This document shows, piece after piece, positions 1-9,116 of a stretch of DNA of 64,000 bases. Source of the DNA: a virus. The stretch lies in IMG/VR virus record IMGVR_UViG_3300037516_001783, positions 32,001-96,000 of that record, one strand, 5' to 3'. The translations under genes were made by a program, and so were the position numbers. The notes under the pieces were generated by a model that was not told the DNA's origin, searched no databases, and saw only the letters and a list, made by a program, of their open reading frames with translations. How positions within the stretch are numbered: position 1 is the stretch's first letter; the number at the start of each line of letters is the position of its first letter.

Positions 1-974
1 GTTGCGTCAGTATTTACAGCGATAGGAGTAGTACCATCAACAACAATTGGAAGAGGTGCTTTTGTATCAGTCGCAGATTCAGCCAATGTTCTTGGTTTCT
101 CTGGGTTCATGAATACATCCCACTCCAATTTGATTGGACCATATTGAGATTGGAAAGTTTGAACAGCTTGACCAACTTCACCAGCACGAACAGCATCAGA
201 GTTGATAGGAATGAATTTGTTACCGTAGAAACTAGCAACGAATTTCGAAAGAACTGCTGGAGGAGCAATTAAGTGAGTAGCAACACCGTAGTTTTCAACG
301 ATAGCTTCAGCACCCCTTTCAATGTAAACCTCAGTAAGTGGGGCACCTCTTAAGTCAACAACAACTTCTGAGTTGTAATATTGGTCTTTAGTTGAAAACA
401 AATCGTTTTGAGCATGCTGAGCATACAAACCGTTGAATTCAGTAGGGATGATTGCAGAGTTACCTCTTGTTAATGCTTTGTTTACTTTACGTAAAATCCA
501 AAGAGTACCGTTTTTCACTTCTCTTTCTACGATATTACCAACTGAAGCTTGAGTATTTACAAGACTCATTGGGTGAGTAACTGATTTAGTTACACCGTAG
601 AACTTAACTAATTGAGAACGTCTGATGTAAGTTGAGTCCTCATTTGATGGTAACTCACCTTCTAACAATGAACCTCCTCTGTCGTTACCATAAGAAGCTA
701 ATTGGTTAAACTCCTCAACTGTATTGTAAGCAGTTTTCTTTGGTATCATTTTCCAAAGTTTGATGTTACTTTCAGAGAAAGTAATAACTTTTAAAGTTTT
801 GTCTAAAGACTCAACTTTCAAAGCAGCACCACCTGCAGTTGTAGAGTTAGCAGTATCACGACCTGTGATAGCCTGAGCATCCAAAGCTTTGTTCAAGTTT
901 TGTAACTCTTCCATTGAAGCTCCATTTCCTGAAAAAACTTCGTTTGGCAAATAATCGTTTATGTTAATATTCAT
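1..974 (-). CDS. Major capsid protein, Twort/A511-like (3' end runs off window)
   Basis: Not in ORF track. Manual translation from ATG 974: MNININDYLPNEVFSGNGASMEELQNLNKALDAQAITG...GGAALKVESLDKTLKVITF...AYNTVEEFNQLASYG...YIRRSQLVKFYG...PTEFNGL...VVDLRG; typical Herelleviridae-type capsid motifs, directly after the protease. Confidence 0.92.
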   Translation of the reverse strand, partial: MNININDYLPNEVFSGNGASMEELQNLNKALDAQAITGRDTANSTTAGGAALKVESLDKTLKVITFSESNIKLWKMIPKKTAYNTVEEFNQLASYGNDRGGSLLEGELPSNEDSTYIRRSQLVKFYGVTKSVTHPMSLVNTQASVGNIVEREVKNGTLWILRKVNKALTRGNSAIIPTEFNGLYAQHAQNDLFSTKDQYYNSEVVVDLRGAPLTEVYIERGAEAIVENYGVATHLIAPPAVLSKFVASFYGNKFIPINSDAVRAGEVGQAVQTFQSQYGPIKLEWDVFMNPEKPRTLAESATDTKAPLPIVVDGTTPIAVNTDA

Positions 975-990
975 CTTCTGGTTTATTCAA

Positions 991-2604
991 TTATTGTAAA
1001 GTTATTCCTTTTTCCATTCTCAATCTTTGTAACACAGATTGACTAATTTTACCTCCAGTCTCAAAAGAAGTTAAAGCTTCAGAGAACTCTAAATCAACTT
1101 CACCTTTGTGGAAAGTAGCTTTGTCTAAGATATCCAAAACAAGCCTTCTATTTGTTAAACTAATAACATTAGAATCGCCACCCTTTTGAATGTCATTGTT
1201 AGGAACTTGACCACCGAAGTTTCTTTCTCTAACAGTTGATTGAGGGATAGACTTTCTTGTTATTGGTTGACTGTCAAATGATTTTGATAAATCACTGATA
1301 GTATCTCTTAAACCATTAAATGAAAGTTCAGTAGAATCTAAAGATTTCTTTAATTCACTATCTGCAGATTGAATTGCATCAATTTTTTCAGACAATGAAG
1401 ATAAATCTTTGTACATATTTTTCAGTATGACACCGATATGATGATTCTTCTCAGTAACTAAGGTAGAAATGTCAGAAATTGCTTTTAACAAAGGGTCTTC
1501 TTTTGTTTCAACTTCTTCCTTAACAATTAAACCTTTTTCTATTAATTCTTTCTCTAATTCAGCAAGTCTTAACTTTTCAGAATTAAAAGATTTAACAATA
1601 GAATCGTCATTACTTTCAATAACATCAGAATCTAAAGCCTTATCTAAAAGGTCGATAGCTTCTGAAATTGTTTTTTTAGTAATATTTTCACCTTTTTGCA
1701 TTGCACACTTTTCGATAAAGTTATAAAGCTTCTCAGCTTCTAACAGAGTTATAGCTGTTTTTTTAGTGAATATTTCTTCGTAACAACTTGCTTTTGACAT
1801 TTTATCTTCATCAAGCAAATCTAAATCGATTTCTTCATCTTCACCTTCCTCCTCTTCATTTTCTTCCTCCTCTTCTTCAACTTCACCTTTGTCTAAAATA
1901 ACTTCCTTACCATTAGCAGTTTGAAAGTCATTTTTCATTTTAGGTTTTTTCTTAGAAGGTTTTTTGAAGCTTTCAAGTTTCAGAGCATCACCTTGTCCTG
2001 GAATAGCAACATCTGTAGTTTCAGTCCCTGTTGTAACACCAGCAGAAAGGTCTTTCATTAACAGTTCAGTTTCATCGTCATATTCGTCTGAATAATCATC
2101 ATCACAACCACCCTTAATTAAATCCATATAAGTCTTAGGATTCTTAGGCATAAATGTGATAGCACATCCTGTAATCATCGCTTTTTTGATAATCTTAGGA
2201 TTAACTAAATCTCTGTCAATAGCTTTTCCCTCTATTGAAAAACCAAGATTTCTTGTAGACGAATTTTTCTTTAATGAAGTTGCTGTATTGTAAACTGCTT
2301 GAGCGATAGGATTGTCTGGATATAAGAATCCTTCAATGTACAACCCTTCTTTTGTAATCCTAGCTACTGTTGGTTCACCAATGATAGCATTTGGGTCATT
2401 TTTAGCTTGATGGTGGTAGTTTAAGAAACCACTCTTAAGGAAATATGAAACGTCGAAACCATTTGGGTCTAAAAATTCTCCATCTGCATCTTCAGCATTT
2501 GTAGAAGCTATACCACCAACTTTCATTACTTCATTACCTTTGTCATCCTTACCTTTGACAATGTCATCAAGTGGAACCCAAAACTTAAAATTCTTTTCTG
2601 GCAT
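991..2604 (-). CDS. Prohead protease fused to acidic/coiled-coil scaffold-like region
   Basis: N-terminal VGGIAST..EDADGE..F..GFLNYHH..IGEP..GLYIEG..LGFSIEG..ITGCAIT..PKNPKT; acidic linker, helical C-terminal half; adjacent to capsid gene. Confidence 0.88.
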   Translation of the reverse strand: MPEKNFKFWVPLDDIVKGKDDKGNEVMKVGGIASTNAEDADGEFLDPNGFDVSYFLKSGFLNYHHQAKNDPNAIIGEPTVARITKEGLYIEGFLYPDNPIAQAVYNTATSLKKNSSTRNLGFSIEGKAIDRDLVNPKIIKKAMITGCAITFMPKNPKTYMDLIKGGCDDDYSDEYDDETELLMKDLSAGVTTGTETTDVAIPGQGDALKLESFKKPSKKKPKMKNDFQTANGKEVILDKGEVEEEEEENEEEEGEDEEIDLDLLDEDKMSKASCYEEIFTKKTAITLLEAEKLYNFIEKCAMQKGENITKKTISEAIDLLDKALDSDVIESNDDSIVKSFNSEKLRLAELEKELIEKGLIVKEEVETKEDPLLKAISDISTLVTEKNHHIGVILKNMYKDLSSLSEKIDAIQSADSELKKSLDSTELSFNGLRDTISDLSKSFDSQPITRKSIPQSTVRERNFGGQVPNNDIQKGGDSNVISLTNRRLVLDILDKATFHKGEVDLEFSEALTSFETGGKISQSVLQRLRMEKGITLQ

Positions 2605-2670
2605 AATTTGTATGTTTAACTTGTATCATCATGTTATTGTAATAACAGTTTATGTCTTTGAAAATAAAAG

Positions 2671-2679
2671 ATAACTGTT
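2671..2679 (-). promoter_or_regulatory. AACAGTTAT motif upstream of protease (putative late promoter element)
   Basis: Same 9-mer at 11197-11205 and 16685-16693, each upstream of a virion-associated gene. Confidence 0.5.
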
Positions 2680-2702
2680 TGAACTGTTTCTTATATAAAA
2701 CA

Positions 2703-2738
2703 AAAATCCCCTTAGTATATTTCACCTAAGGGGATTTT
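2703..2738 (-). terminator. Intrinsic terminator
   Basis: 13-bp perfect inverted repeat aaaatccccttag/ctaaggggatttt with T-rich tail on minus strand. Confidence 0.8.
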
Positions 2739-2847
2739 AAATTTATTATGTTTTTATATTTTATCTATTCGCAACACGATTATGTAAATCATGTATTTCT
2801 TTCAACTTTTCATCAGAAGGTTCTTGATTTGTTTGGTGTATGACCAA

Positions 2848-3702
2848 TTACTTTATCATCTTTTCATTAGTTTCATATTCTTCAGACTTTTCATCTTTTT
2901 TAGGTTTCATAACCTTACCATCCTCATCTTTGATTTTAAAATCACTAAATCCTCCAAGTTCATCTGCGATTGCTTTAGCACTTCTTGACTCTCCTTTTTT
3001 ATTTACCCAATGACCTTCACCCTTACATGTGTAAGAATAACCACCACCTGAAACAACACTTCCTCTACCAGCTTCCAACAATTGGTCTTTTATTTTTTCA
3101 TAATGACCTTTCACTTGCACCTCACCTTTAGATTGTTCTTTTACACCTTCTGGTTTATGAAAATCTACTTTTAAAGGAGATTTATCGTGTCTCTTACCAT
3201 TCTTATCTTTTAACTGTAGATAACCATCATGTTTGATGTTATGAATGGTATGTTCTTCACCTTTGTAGTTTATTTTATCTCCAGGAATTACTTCTCTTAA
3301 ATGTTCTTTTTCATCTTGGTGAGGAGTTCCAGGTTTTTTCCAAACAACTTGGTGATTACCTTTCTTATTGATTATATGGGTCAACACCAACCCATTTCCA
3401 CCGTGGAAAGCTTTTTCAATAAAAGAGTGTAAAGCCTTTTCTATCTCAGACTTTTCTTCTTCCTCTTCGTCAAGTTCTTCACCCTCTTCACTTTCCTCTT
3501 CCTCAGATTCAACTTGTTTTTTACCACCTTTCAAAAGTTCGATAGTCTTCAAAGATTTTTGTAAATCCTCTTCTGTTATCAAACCTTTGTCAAAATTACT
3601 CTTTAAAGTAATTTCCATTTCCTCAAATGAAGGTTGTTTTTTAGAAAAACTTTTTTCTAAAACAGTCCCTTTATAATTATCCTCAGTTACAAAATTATAC
3701 AT
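2848..3702 (-). CDS. Putative internal head protein, chimera of modules from 5575-6546 and 4272-5501
   Basis: First 60 aa 44/60 identical to 5575-6546; 99-aa IEKALHSFIEKAFHGG...SPLKV module shared with 4272-5501. Confidence 0.7.
   Translation of the reverse strand: MYNFVTEDNYKGTVLEKSFSKKQPSFEEMEITLKSNFDKGLITEEDLQKSLKTIELLKGGKKQVESEEEESEEGEELDEEEEEKSEIEKALHSFIEKAFHGGNGLVLTHIINKKGNHQVVWKKPGTPHQDEKEHLREVIPGDKINYKGEEHTIHNIKHDGYLQLKDKNGKRHDKSPLKVDFHKPEGVKEQSKGEVQVKGHYEKIKDQLLEAGRGSVVSGGGYSYTCKGEGHWVNKKGESRSAKAIADELGGFSDFKIKDEDGKVMKPKKDEKSEEYETNEKMIK
3148..3444. repeat. 297-bp coding repeat, copy 1 (copy 2 at 5133-5429)
   Basis: Near-identical 99-aa module in two genes; diverged third copy near 14770-15030. 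Confidence 0.9.
3523..3702. repeat. 180-bp coding repeat, copy 1 (copy 2 at 6367-6546)
   Basis: Shared 60-aa N-terminal leader M.NFVTE...LEKSF.KKQP...LLKGG. Confidence 0.9.
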
Positions 3703-3723
3703 ATAGCAGTCTTTATTTTCTTA

Positions 3724-3903
3724 TTAGTTGTTTTTCTTCTTACCTTTGTAAGATTCATAGATTGAATTAAAAACATAAGCACCAACCCAATAAATAAAAG
3801 CTACAATAAATAGCCAAGGTTGTTTTTCTGTTGTTAAACCTGTGATATACAAGATTGTAGCCAATGCAAAAATTGCCACAGTAATGATTGAATGTTTAAG
3901 CAT
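3724..3903 (-). CDS. 59-aa two-TM protein with basic C-terminal tail (holin-like topology)
   Basis: Manual ORF MLKHSIITVAIFALATILYITGLTTEKQPWLFIVAFIYWVGAYVFNSIYESYKGKKKNN; below ORF-track cutoff. Confidence 0.55.
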   Translation of the reverse strand: MLKHSIITVAIFALATILYITGLTTEKQPWLFIVAFIYWVGAYVFNSIYESYKGKKKNN

Positions 3904-4271
3904 ATAAGTATAATTAATAGTGAAATTCTTACTTGAAATTGATAAGGAATCATACTCCAGAATGTATCTATTGGTCCACTTCCTAAATGTTCTTTTGGTT
4001 TACCTCTTAAGTAATTTAGTAATGTATCAAATAGAAAACCGTATGACAATAATAATGATATGAATAACAAAAGATTGTAAGGTTTTACACTATTTGTTAC
4101 AACAATACAAATAGAAACAGTCAACCATGAAGTTGCTACTTTGTACTTTCCCTTTAAATCTATTTCATGTTCTTCTATAAGTAGGTAGTCACAAAATGCT
4201 CTACCTACTATAAAAAGAATGAAGCAACCTAAATTTAGGAATAAGTGTAATATGATATGAAGTGTTTGCAT
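3834..4271 (-). CDS. Multi-pass membrane protein
   Basis: About four hydrophobic segments; FDTLLNYLRGK..LG.G..D motif. Confidence 0.65.
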   Translation of the reverse strand: MQTLHIILHLFLNLGCFILFIVGRAFCDYLLIEEHEIDLKGKYKVATSWLTVSICIVVTNSVKPYNLLLFISLLLSYGFLFDTLLNYLRGKPKEHLGSGPIDTFWSMIPYQFQVRISLLIILICLNIQSLLWQFLHWLQSCISQV

Positions 4272-5501
4272 TTACTCTTTAGTTGGTAATTTGAAAATCA
4301 TTTCAAGGTCAGTAGTTCTACCTTTCCCACCCTTATCATCTTGCCATTCATAAACTTCACCTCTACCTTTAGAATCCAAGGTAGCACCAAACATTTCTTT
4401 CATAACATTCTCTATTTTAGAGAGGTCATTACCTTTAGGTCTACTCCAAGAATCAGATTGGTCTGATATTCTTAATTTTATATTATCACCTTCAACTGAA
4501 ACTCTACCCCAAGGGTCACCATTAGATTCATATTTATGTTGAGACAATCCAGCACGAATTATTCTTTCTGCTGCCCTATCACCACCTAATTGAATAGCTT
4601 CATCCAAAGCTTCTTTTGTTACAGGTTCACCATGGTCAACTCTGTGTTTATCAAATAATTTTTCTAACTTCTGTTTCTTTTCAATTTCAGGGTCAGGTTT
4701 TTCTAATTTTTTAGATTGTTGTTTTTGGTAATCTTCTATAGAAAGGAATGAGCCAAAATATGCATCACTATCCATTTTTCTGTATTCATTTACAGAACCA
4801 TCATTGTTGTAAACTCTTACAACTTTAAGGTCACCAAGACCACCACTTTGTGTTTTTACAGAAACAAGTTGTCCCTTTTTTAATTGAATAACACCTGTCT
4901 CACCTTTACCTCCATTTAGTGGTGCTGTACTCCATTTGAAATCAACATCTTTAGTTAATATTCTTGGGCTGTAATCATATTTGTTGAAAGCAACATCTCT
5001 CATTGCTCTGTCAATAGCAACTTGGTTAGGTTCAACAGATTCTACTTTAGGAGTTACACTTTCTACAGATTCTTTTCCATCTTCATCATGACCAACTAAC
5101 TCATCTTCTTCAACTTCCTTACCTTTAACATCCTCAGGTTTTTGGAACTCAACTTTTAAAGGTGATTTATCATGACGTTTTCCGTTTTTATCTTTTAACT
5201 GAAGGTAACCGTCGTGTTTTACAGCATGAACTGTATGTTCTTCACCCTTATAATTGATTTTGTCTCCTGGAAGCACTTCTCTCAAGTGTTCCTTTTCGTC
5301 ATGATGTACACCACCAACTTTTTTCCAAACAACTTGATGTTTGTTATTTTTGTTAATAATGTGCGTAAGGACTAATCCGTCCCCACCATGAAAAGCTTTT
5401 TCTATAAATGAGTGTAAAGCTTTTTCAATATTTTTATCTGAATTGATAATATTATCACCAATAGGTGAATTATCGTAGTGTTCTGGTGTGATGATTTCCA
5501 T
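4272..5501 (-). CDS. Putative internal head protein (IEKA sites, SH3/KOW-like module, unique C-terminus)
   Basis: Start moved to ATG 5501 (MEIITP) because the track start lies in a terminator; shared module with 2848-3702. Confidence 0.7.
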   Translation of the reverse strand: MEIITPEHYDNSPIGDNIINSDKNIEKALHSFIEKAFHGGDGLVLTHIINKNNKHQVVWKKVGGVHHDEKEHLREVLPGDKINYKGEEHTVHAVKHDGYLQLKDKNGKRHDKSPLKVEFQKPEDVKGKEVEEDELVGHDEDGKESVESVTPKVESVEPNQVAIDRAMRDVAFNKYDYSPRILTKDVDFKWSTAPLNGGKGETGVIQLKKGQLVSVKTQSGGLGDLKVVRVYNNDGSVNEYRKMDSDAYFGSFLSIEDYQKQQSKKLEKPDPEIEKKQKLEKLFDKHRVDHGEPVTKEALDEAIQLGGDRAAERIIRAGLSQHKYESNGDPWGRVSVEGDNIKLRISDQSDSWSRPKGNDLSKIENVMKEMFGATLDSKGRGEVYEWQDDKGGKGRTTDLEMIFKLPTKE

Positions 5502-5527
5502 GGTGAATTTTGGTGATTTAAAATAAA

Positions 5528-5567
5528 AAACAACAACTAACAATTCAAACTATGTTAGTTGTTGTTT
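5528..5567 (-). terminator. Intrinsic terminator
   Basis: 15-bp inverted repeat aaacaacaactaaca/tgttagttgttgttt with T tail. Confidence 0.75.
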
Positions 5568-5574
5568 AATTTTA

Positions 5575-6546
5575 TTAAGCAAATTTTTTGAAATCTAAAC
5601 CGTGGTGTTTTGCTAATTTCTTAGCTTTATCCCAATGAAATTTTGATTTAGCTTTTGAATCATGGTCAGTTTCACCGTAATTCTCTTTATGTGCTTCAGC
5701 ATTATCAGCATGGTTATATGAATGGTTGACATGGGATTCAATTAATTCAGAAGCCTTTTCTTTAGACAAAGATTTTTCCTCATCAGATGGTTCTGTTTTA
5801 GAATCCATTTCTTTCTTCTTATTTGAAGCAGTTTCTTTTGTTTTAGAAATTTGTTCTGGTGTTTGAGACTGACTCTTTTTCTCCTTATTTTTGATAGTCA
5901 TTGCTTTTCTCCAATGGTTATCAGCAGCATCATATAATTTTTGATATTCTGGTGAGTGGCGAGAATGTTCTCCAAATTTAGATTCCATTTCCTTCATTTT
6001 ATCTTCATTCACTTTCTGAGCATCAAGATGGTCTTGTGATGAAAAGTCACTATGGTTTTTTGAAGAAACAGAGTCATAAACATCCTTACCACTTGCTGTT
6101 TTACCTAATTTATTAGTACCAACTTTTCCACCTTCATGGCTTGCTTTAATTTTTTCAAGAGTTTCTTGTCTATCTTTTTTACCTATTTCGTAATGTTTTT
6201 CAAGATGTTTTGAAGCTTCTTCATTTGAATGGTTTCTTCCGTGTGCACCGAAAGCATCATCATGGTCTTTTGAAGTAAAATTAGCATGACTTGGGTGATT
6301 AAACTTATCATAAATTGGTTTACCACTTTTTGTGTGACCAATTACTTTACCACCTCTTGAACCTTCACCACCTTTTAACAAATCAATTGTTTCTAAGGCT
6401 TTGTTGAATTCCTCTTCAGTGATTAATCCTTTTTCAAAATTACTTTTAACAGTAATTTCCATTTCTTGAAAAGTTGGTTGTTTTTTTACAAAACTTTTTT
6501 CCAACACACTACCTCTATAATCTGCTTCTGTTACAAAATTATCCAT
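5575..6546 (-). CDS. Putative internal head protein, His-rich repeats
   Basis: LEKS/FNKA/LLKG sites then two G.T.SGK..Y......H..F...DH.DA repeats. Confidence 0.7.
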   Translation of the reverse strand: MDNFVTEADYRGSVLEKSFVKKQPTFQEMEITVKSNFEKGLITEEEFNKALETIDLLKGGEGSRGGKVIGHTKSGKPIYDKFNHPSHANFTSKDHDDAFGAHGRNHSNEEASKHLEKHYEIGKKDRQETLEKIKASHEGGKVGTNKLGKTASGKDVYDSVSSKNHSDFSSQDHLDAQKVNEDKMKEMESKFGEHSRHSPEYQKLYDAADNHWRKAMTIKNKEKKSQSQTPEQISKTKETASNKKKEMDSKTEPSDEEKSLSKEKASELIESHVNHSYNHADNAEAHKENYGETDHDSKAKSKFHWDKAKKLAKHHGLDFKKFA

Positions 6547-6551
6547 TGTTA

Positions 6552-6989
6552 TTAATTTATATTTGAAAACTGCTTAGACATTATTGAACCATCCCTTATG
6601 ATTTGCTGTAATAAAGTACTTTCTCTAGGAGTTGTCGGTACTTTCCCATTAGAATTAGCTTTATCTATCAAATTAGTGATAAAATTCTTTGATTCTACCT
6701 GATAAACTCGTCCTCTTAAACCTTTTAAGTATTCTAATGAATATTCTTTACCAACACCATTAAATACTTTCCCCTCACTCTTTTTACAGTTCACACAAGA
6801 TTTATTACATTTGAAGTTTGCTATTAACTTTTCAATCTCACGATTTTCGTTAATACAATCTCTAATTAAATCTAATATGTTATGGTCTTTTGAGGACTTA
6901 TTTTCTTGAATATAATTGTTGTTAAATAACAACCTATCTTGAAGTTCTTTTTTAGACAAACTTTCAAGTGTAAAAAGAGAAACTTGCAT
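6552..6989 (-). CDS. Hypothetical protein in head cluster
   Basis: Contiguous minus-strand ORF; no motif recognised. Confidence 0.6.
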   Translation of the reverse strand: MQVSLFTLESLSKKELQDRLLFNNNYIQENKSSKDHNILDLIRDCINENREIEKLIANFKCNKSCVNCKKSEGKVFNGVGKEYSLEYLKGLRGRVYQVESKNFITNLIDKANSNGKVPTTPRESTLLQQIIRDGSIMSKQFSNIN

Positions 6990-8323
6990 TACTTGATTTC
7001 GTTAAATTTTATGTTGCCAATATGAGCATCATAATACTGTTTTTGAAGATTTTTGTTGTCTTCAATTTCACTTTTTAATTTATCTATTGTTTGTAAATAA
7101 TTTGTTGGTTTTTTTCTCTCTAAAATGTCAATAATATCTAACTTTTCCTTAGTAGAAACCTTAACAGATTTTAAAGCTTTATTCAACAAAATGATTTCAC
7201 TTTCTGATAAATTATGTTGTTTTTCTTTAGTCCTTAAAACATTATCTGGAGTTCTTTCAAGTAATTCTCCAGAAGGAGTCATAACTATAAAGCCGACATT
7301 TGTTTTTCTTATCAATACACCTTTTGACGGAACACCTTTAACAACACCATTTTCATCTTTTTTTCTTATGGTTAAATCAACATGGTCACCTACAGATAAT
7401 ACACCTCCAAGCTTTTTAGAAATTGTTTCTTCAACAGGTTTTTGCTTTTCAAAATCCTTTTTAATTTCTTCAATTTCTTTGTCTCTTTTACCATATCCAG
7501 GAAGTTCCTGTTTATTTATGGTTGTCCAATCACACTTGGTGTCTGTATAGAAATCACCGTTGTCTTGTAAATCTCCAAGTGTTTTGTATTCTCCAGAAGC
7601 GTCATAAAATTTACCATTCACACCCACAGCAACATGAACATCAGGTTCTCCTTCTGAACCGAACGAATGGTAGGTAGGTTTTAAACCTTTCTCTTCAAGT
7701 AGTTTTCCAAAAGCTTCAGCAAATTCATAACAACCACCACTCATGTACCAACCATCTTCCTTACCTTCTTTAAAGGTTTCTACTAAACTATAAGGGTCTA
7801 CACTGATATTAACACTGTTCTTATGTTTTATTTCGTTAAGGTCTCTGAGTACATTTTTAGGTTTTAATTCACCTGTTTTTCTGTCTCTAATTTGAGTTCT
7901 GATATTAGCTTTTACCTTACCATTACTTTCGTCTAATTTACTGAAAGTTCCTTCAACTTCAGTTCCGTCTTGTAATTTTAATAAAACAATATCACCCTTT
8001 TTGTATTTAGAACTAAGTAGTTTGTCTGGATTTATATGTTCTTTTGAATTAACATCTTCAAATGAACCTTTCCTATATTTCTGTTGGAATTTACTTACAT
8101 CAGTCTTATTAGGATTTATCCAATAGGTTTCCATAACAACCTTACCACCTCTAACAATAGGAGTTACAACCTTCTGTAAATGTGCTAAATTTCTCTCAGC
8201 CTTTTCAAGTTCTGAGATTTTACCATATTTGGAACAAACAATTAATGTTTCATAATCTTCATTAGAAATTACTAAATTGTCTAACGAAAGTTGTTTGAAT
8301 TCAGAAGGTTGTAAGAAAATCAT
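6989..8323 (-). CDS. Putative head protein with two KOW/SH3-like domains flanking a transglutaminase/papain-like domain
   Basis: ELEKA site; YKKGDIV and LSVGDHV beta domains; GGCYEFA...HVAV...FYDASG Cys-His-Asp pattern. Confidence 0.65.
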   Translation of the reverse strand: MIFLQPSEFKQLSLDNLVISNEDYETLIVCSKYGKISELEKAERNLAHLQKVVTPIVRGGKVVMETYWINPNKTDVSKFQQKYRKGSFEDVNSKEHINPDKLLSSKYKKGDIVLLKLQDGTEVEGTFSKLDESNGKVKANIRTQIRDRKTGELKPKNVLRDLNEIKHKNSVNISVDPYSLVETFKEGKEDGWYMSGGCYEFAEAFGKLLEEKGLKPTYHSFGSEGEPDVHVAVGVNGKFYDASGEYKTLGDLQDNGDFYTDTKCDWTTINKQELPGYGKRDKEIEEIKKDFEKQKPVEETISKKLGGVLSVGDHVDLTIRKKDENGVVKGVPSKGVLIRKTNVGFIVMTPSGELLERTPDNVLRTKEKQHNLSESEIILLNKALKSVKVSTKEKLDIIDILERKKPTNYLQTIDKLKSEIEDNKNLQKQYYDAHIGNIKFNEIK

Positions 8324-8324
8324 T

Positions 8325-8579
8325 TTAAGAGAATATTGATTGTAAAGCAGTAACCATTAAGAACTTATCATTAGCAGTTGGAGTTGTTATATCCGAAACT
8401 TTAAATTTTAAAGAATCAGATTGTCCAGAAATTGCTGCTATTGGTGAACAACATCTTGTAACTAAGATACAATCTTCGTTTGGATGCGGTAAAACATTTA
8501 CAGTTCCAGATACACCATAAATGACACCATTATCATTTATTGTTACTCTATTCGATGCTTTTGTGAATGTAATTGGCAT
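8325..8579 (-). CDS. Small beta-rich hypothetical (possibly structural)
   Basis: ORF track; Thr/Ser/Val-rich. Confidence 0.55.
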   Translation of the reverse strand: MPITFTKASNRVTINDNGVIYGVSGTVNVLPHPNEDCILVTRCCSPIAAISGQSDSLKFKVSDITTPTANDKFLMVTALQSIFS

Positions 8580-8582
8580 AAA

Positions 8583-9110
8583 TTAATTCTCTAAAGTTTG
8601 TACCTGTCTCATTGATAAAATGTACTCTTTATTTTGGTCTAAGTTTTTCAACAAAGTATCAACAATTTTCAATTCACCTTTACAGTTTATCATTCTGTAA
8701 ACAGCTTGATTGTGTGATTTGTAATTGTTTGCCTCAACTTGACCACTGATTGGAGATTTATTTTCACCGAACTGTGGAGCGTTAATTTCATTCCAATAAG
8801 TATATTCATCACCATATACCAATAAACCTTCCAACTCATCACAATCACAGTCTTCGTAATAAGGTTTGATAGAAGGTTGACGTTCTAAAACTCCAGAAAG
8901 TGCTGAAACAACTTGATTACAAGCTGAATATTCACCTTCAAGTTTCATTTTCTTAGCTTCCAAAAGAGAAATAATTTCACTACCCATTTTAGGGAATTTT
9001 AAACTATCGTCATAGATAAAACTTGACATACCTTTTTCAAGTTCATCTTTGTTTGAAAAGCTGTTATAGATATTTCTTCTAGTTTGCTCTATTTTTTGTA
9101 TCGCGTCCAT
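8583..9110 (-). CDS. Putative head protein
   Basis: DELEKG site after short leader; lies in head cluster. Confidence 0.55.
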   Translation of the reverse strand: MDAIQKIEQTRRNIYNSFSNKDELEKGMSSFIYDDSLKFPKMGSEIISLLEAKKMKLEGEYSACNQVVSALSGVLERQPSIKPYYEDCDCDELEGLLVYGDEYTYWNEINAPQFGENKSPISGQVEANNYKSHNQAVYRMINCKGELKIVDTLLKNLDQNKEYILSMRQVQTLEN

Positions 9111-9116
9111 TACTAC

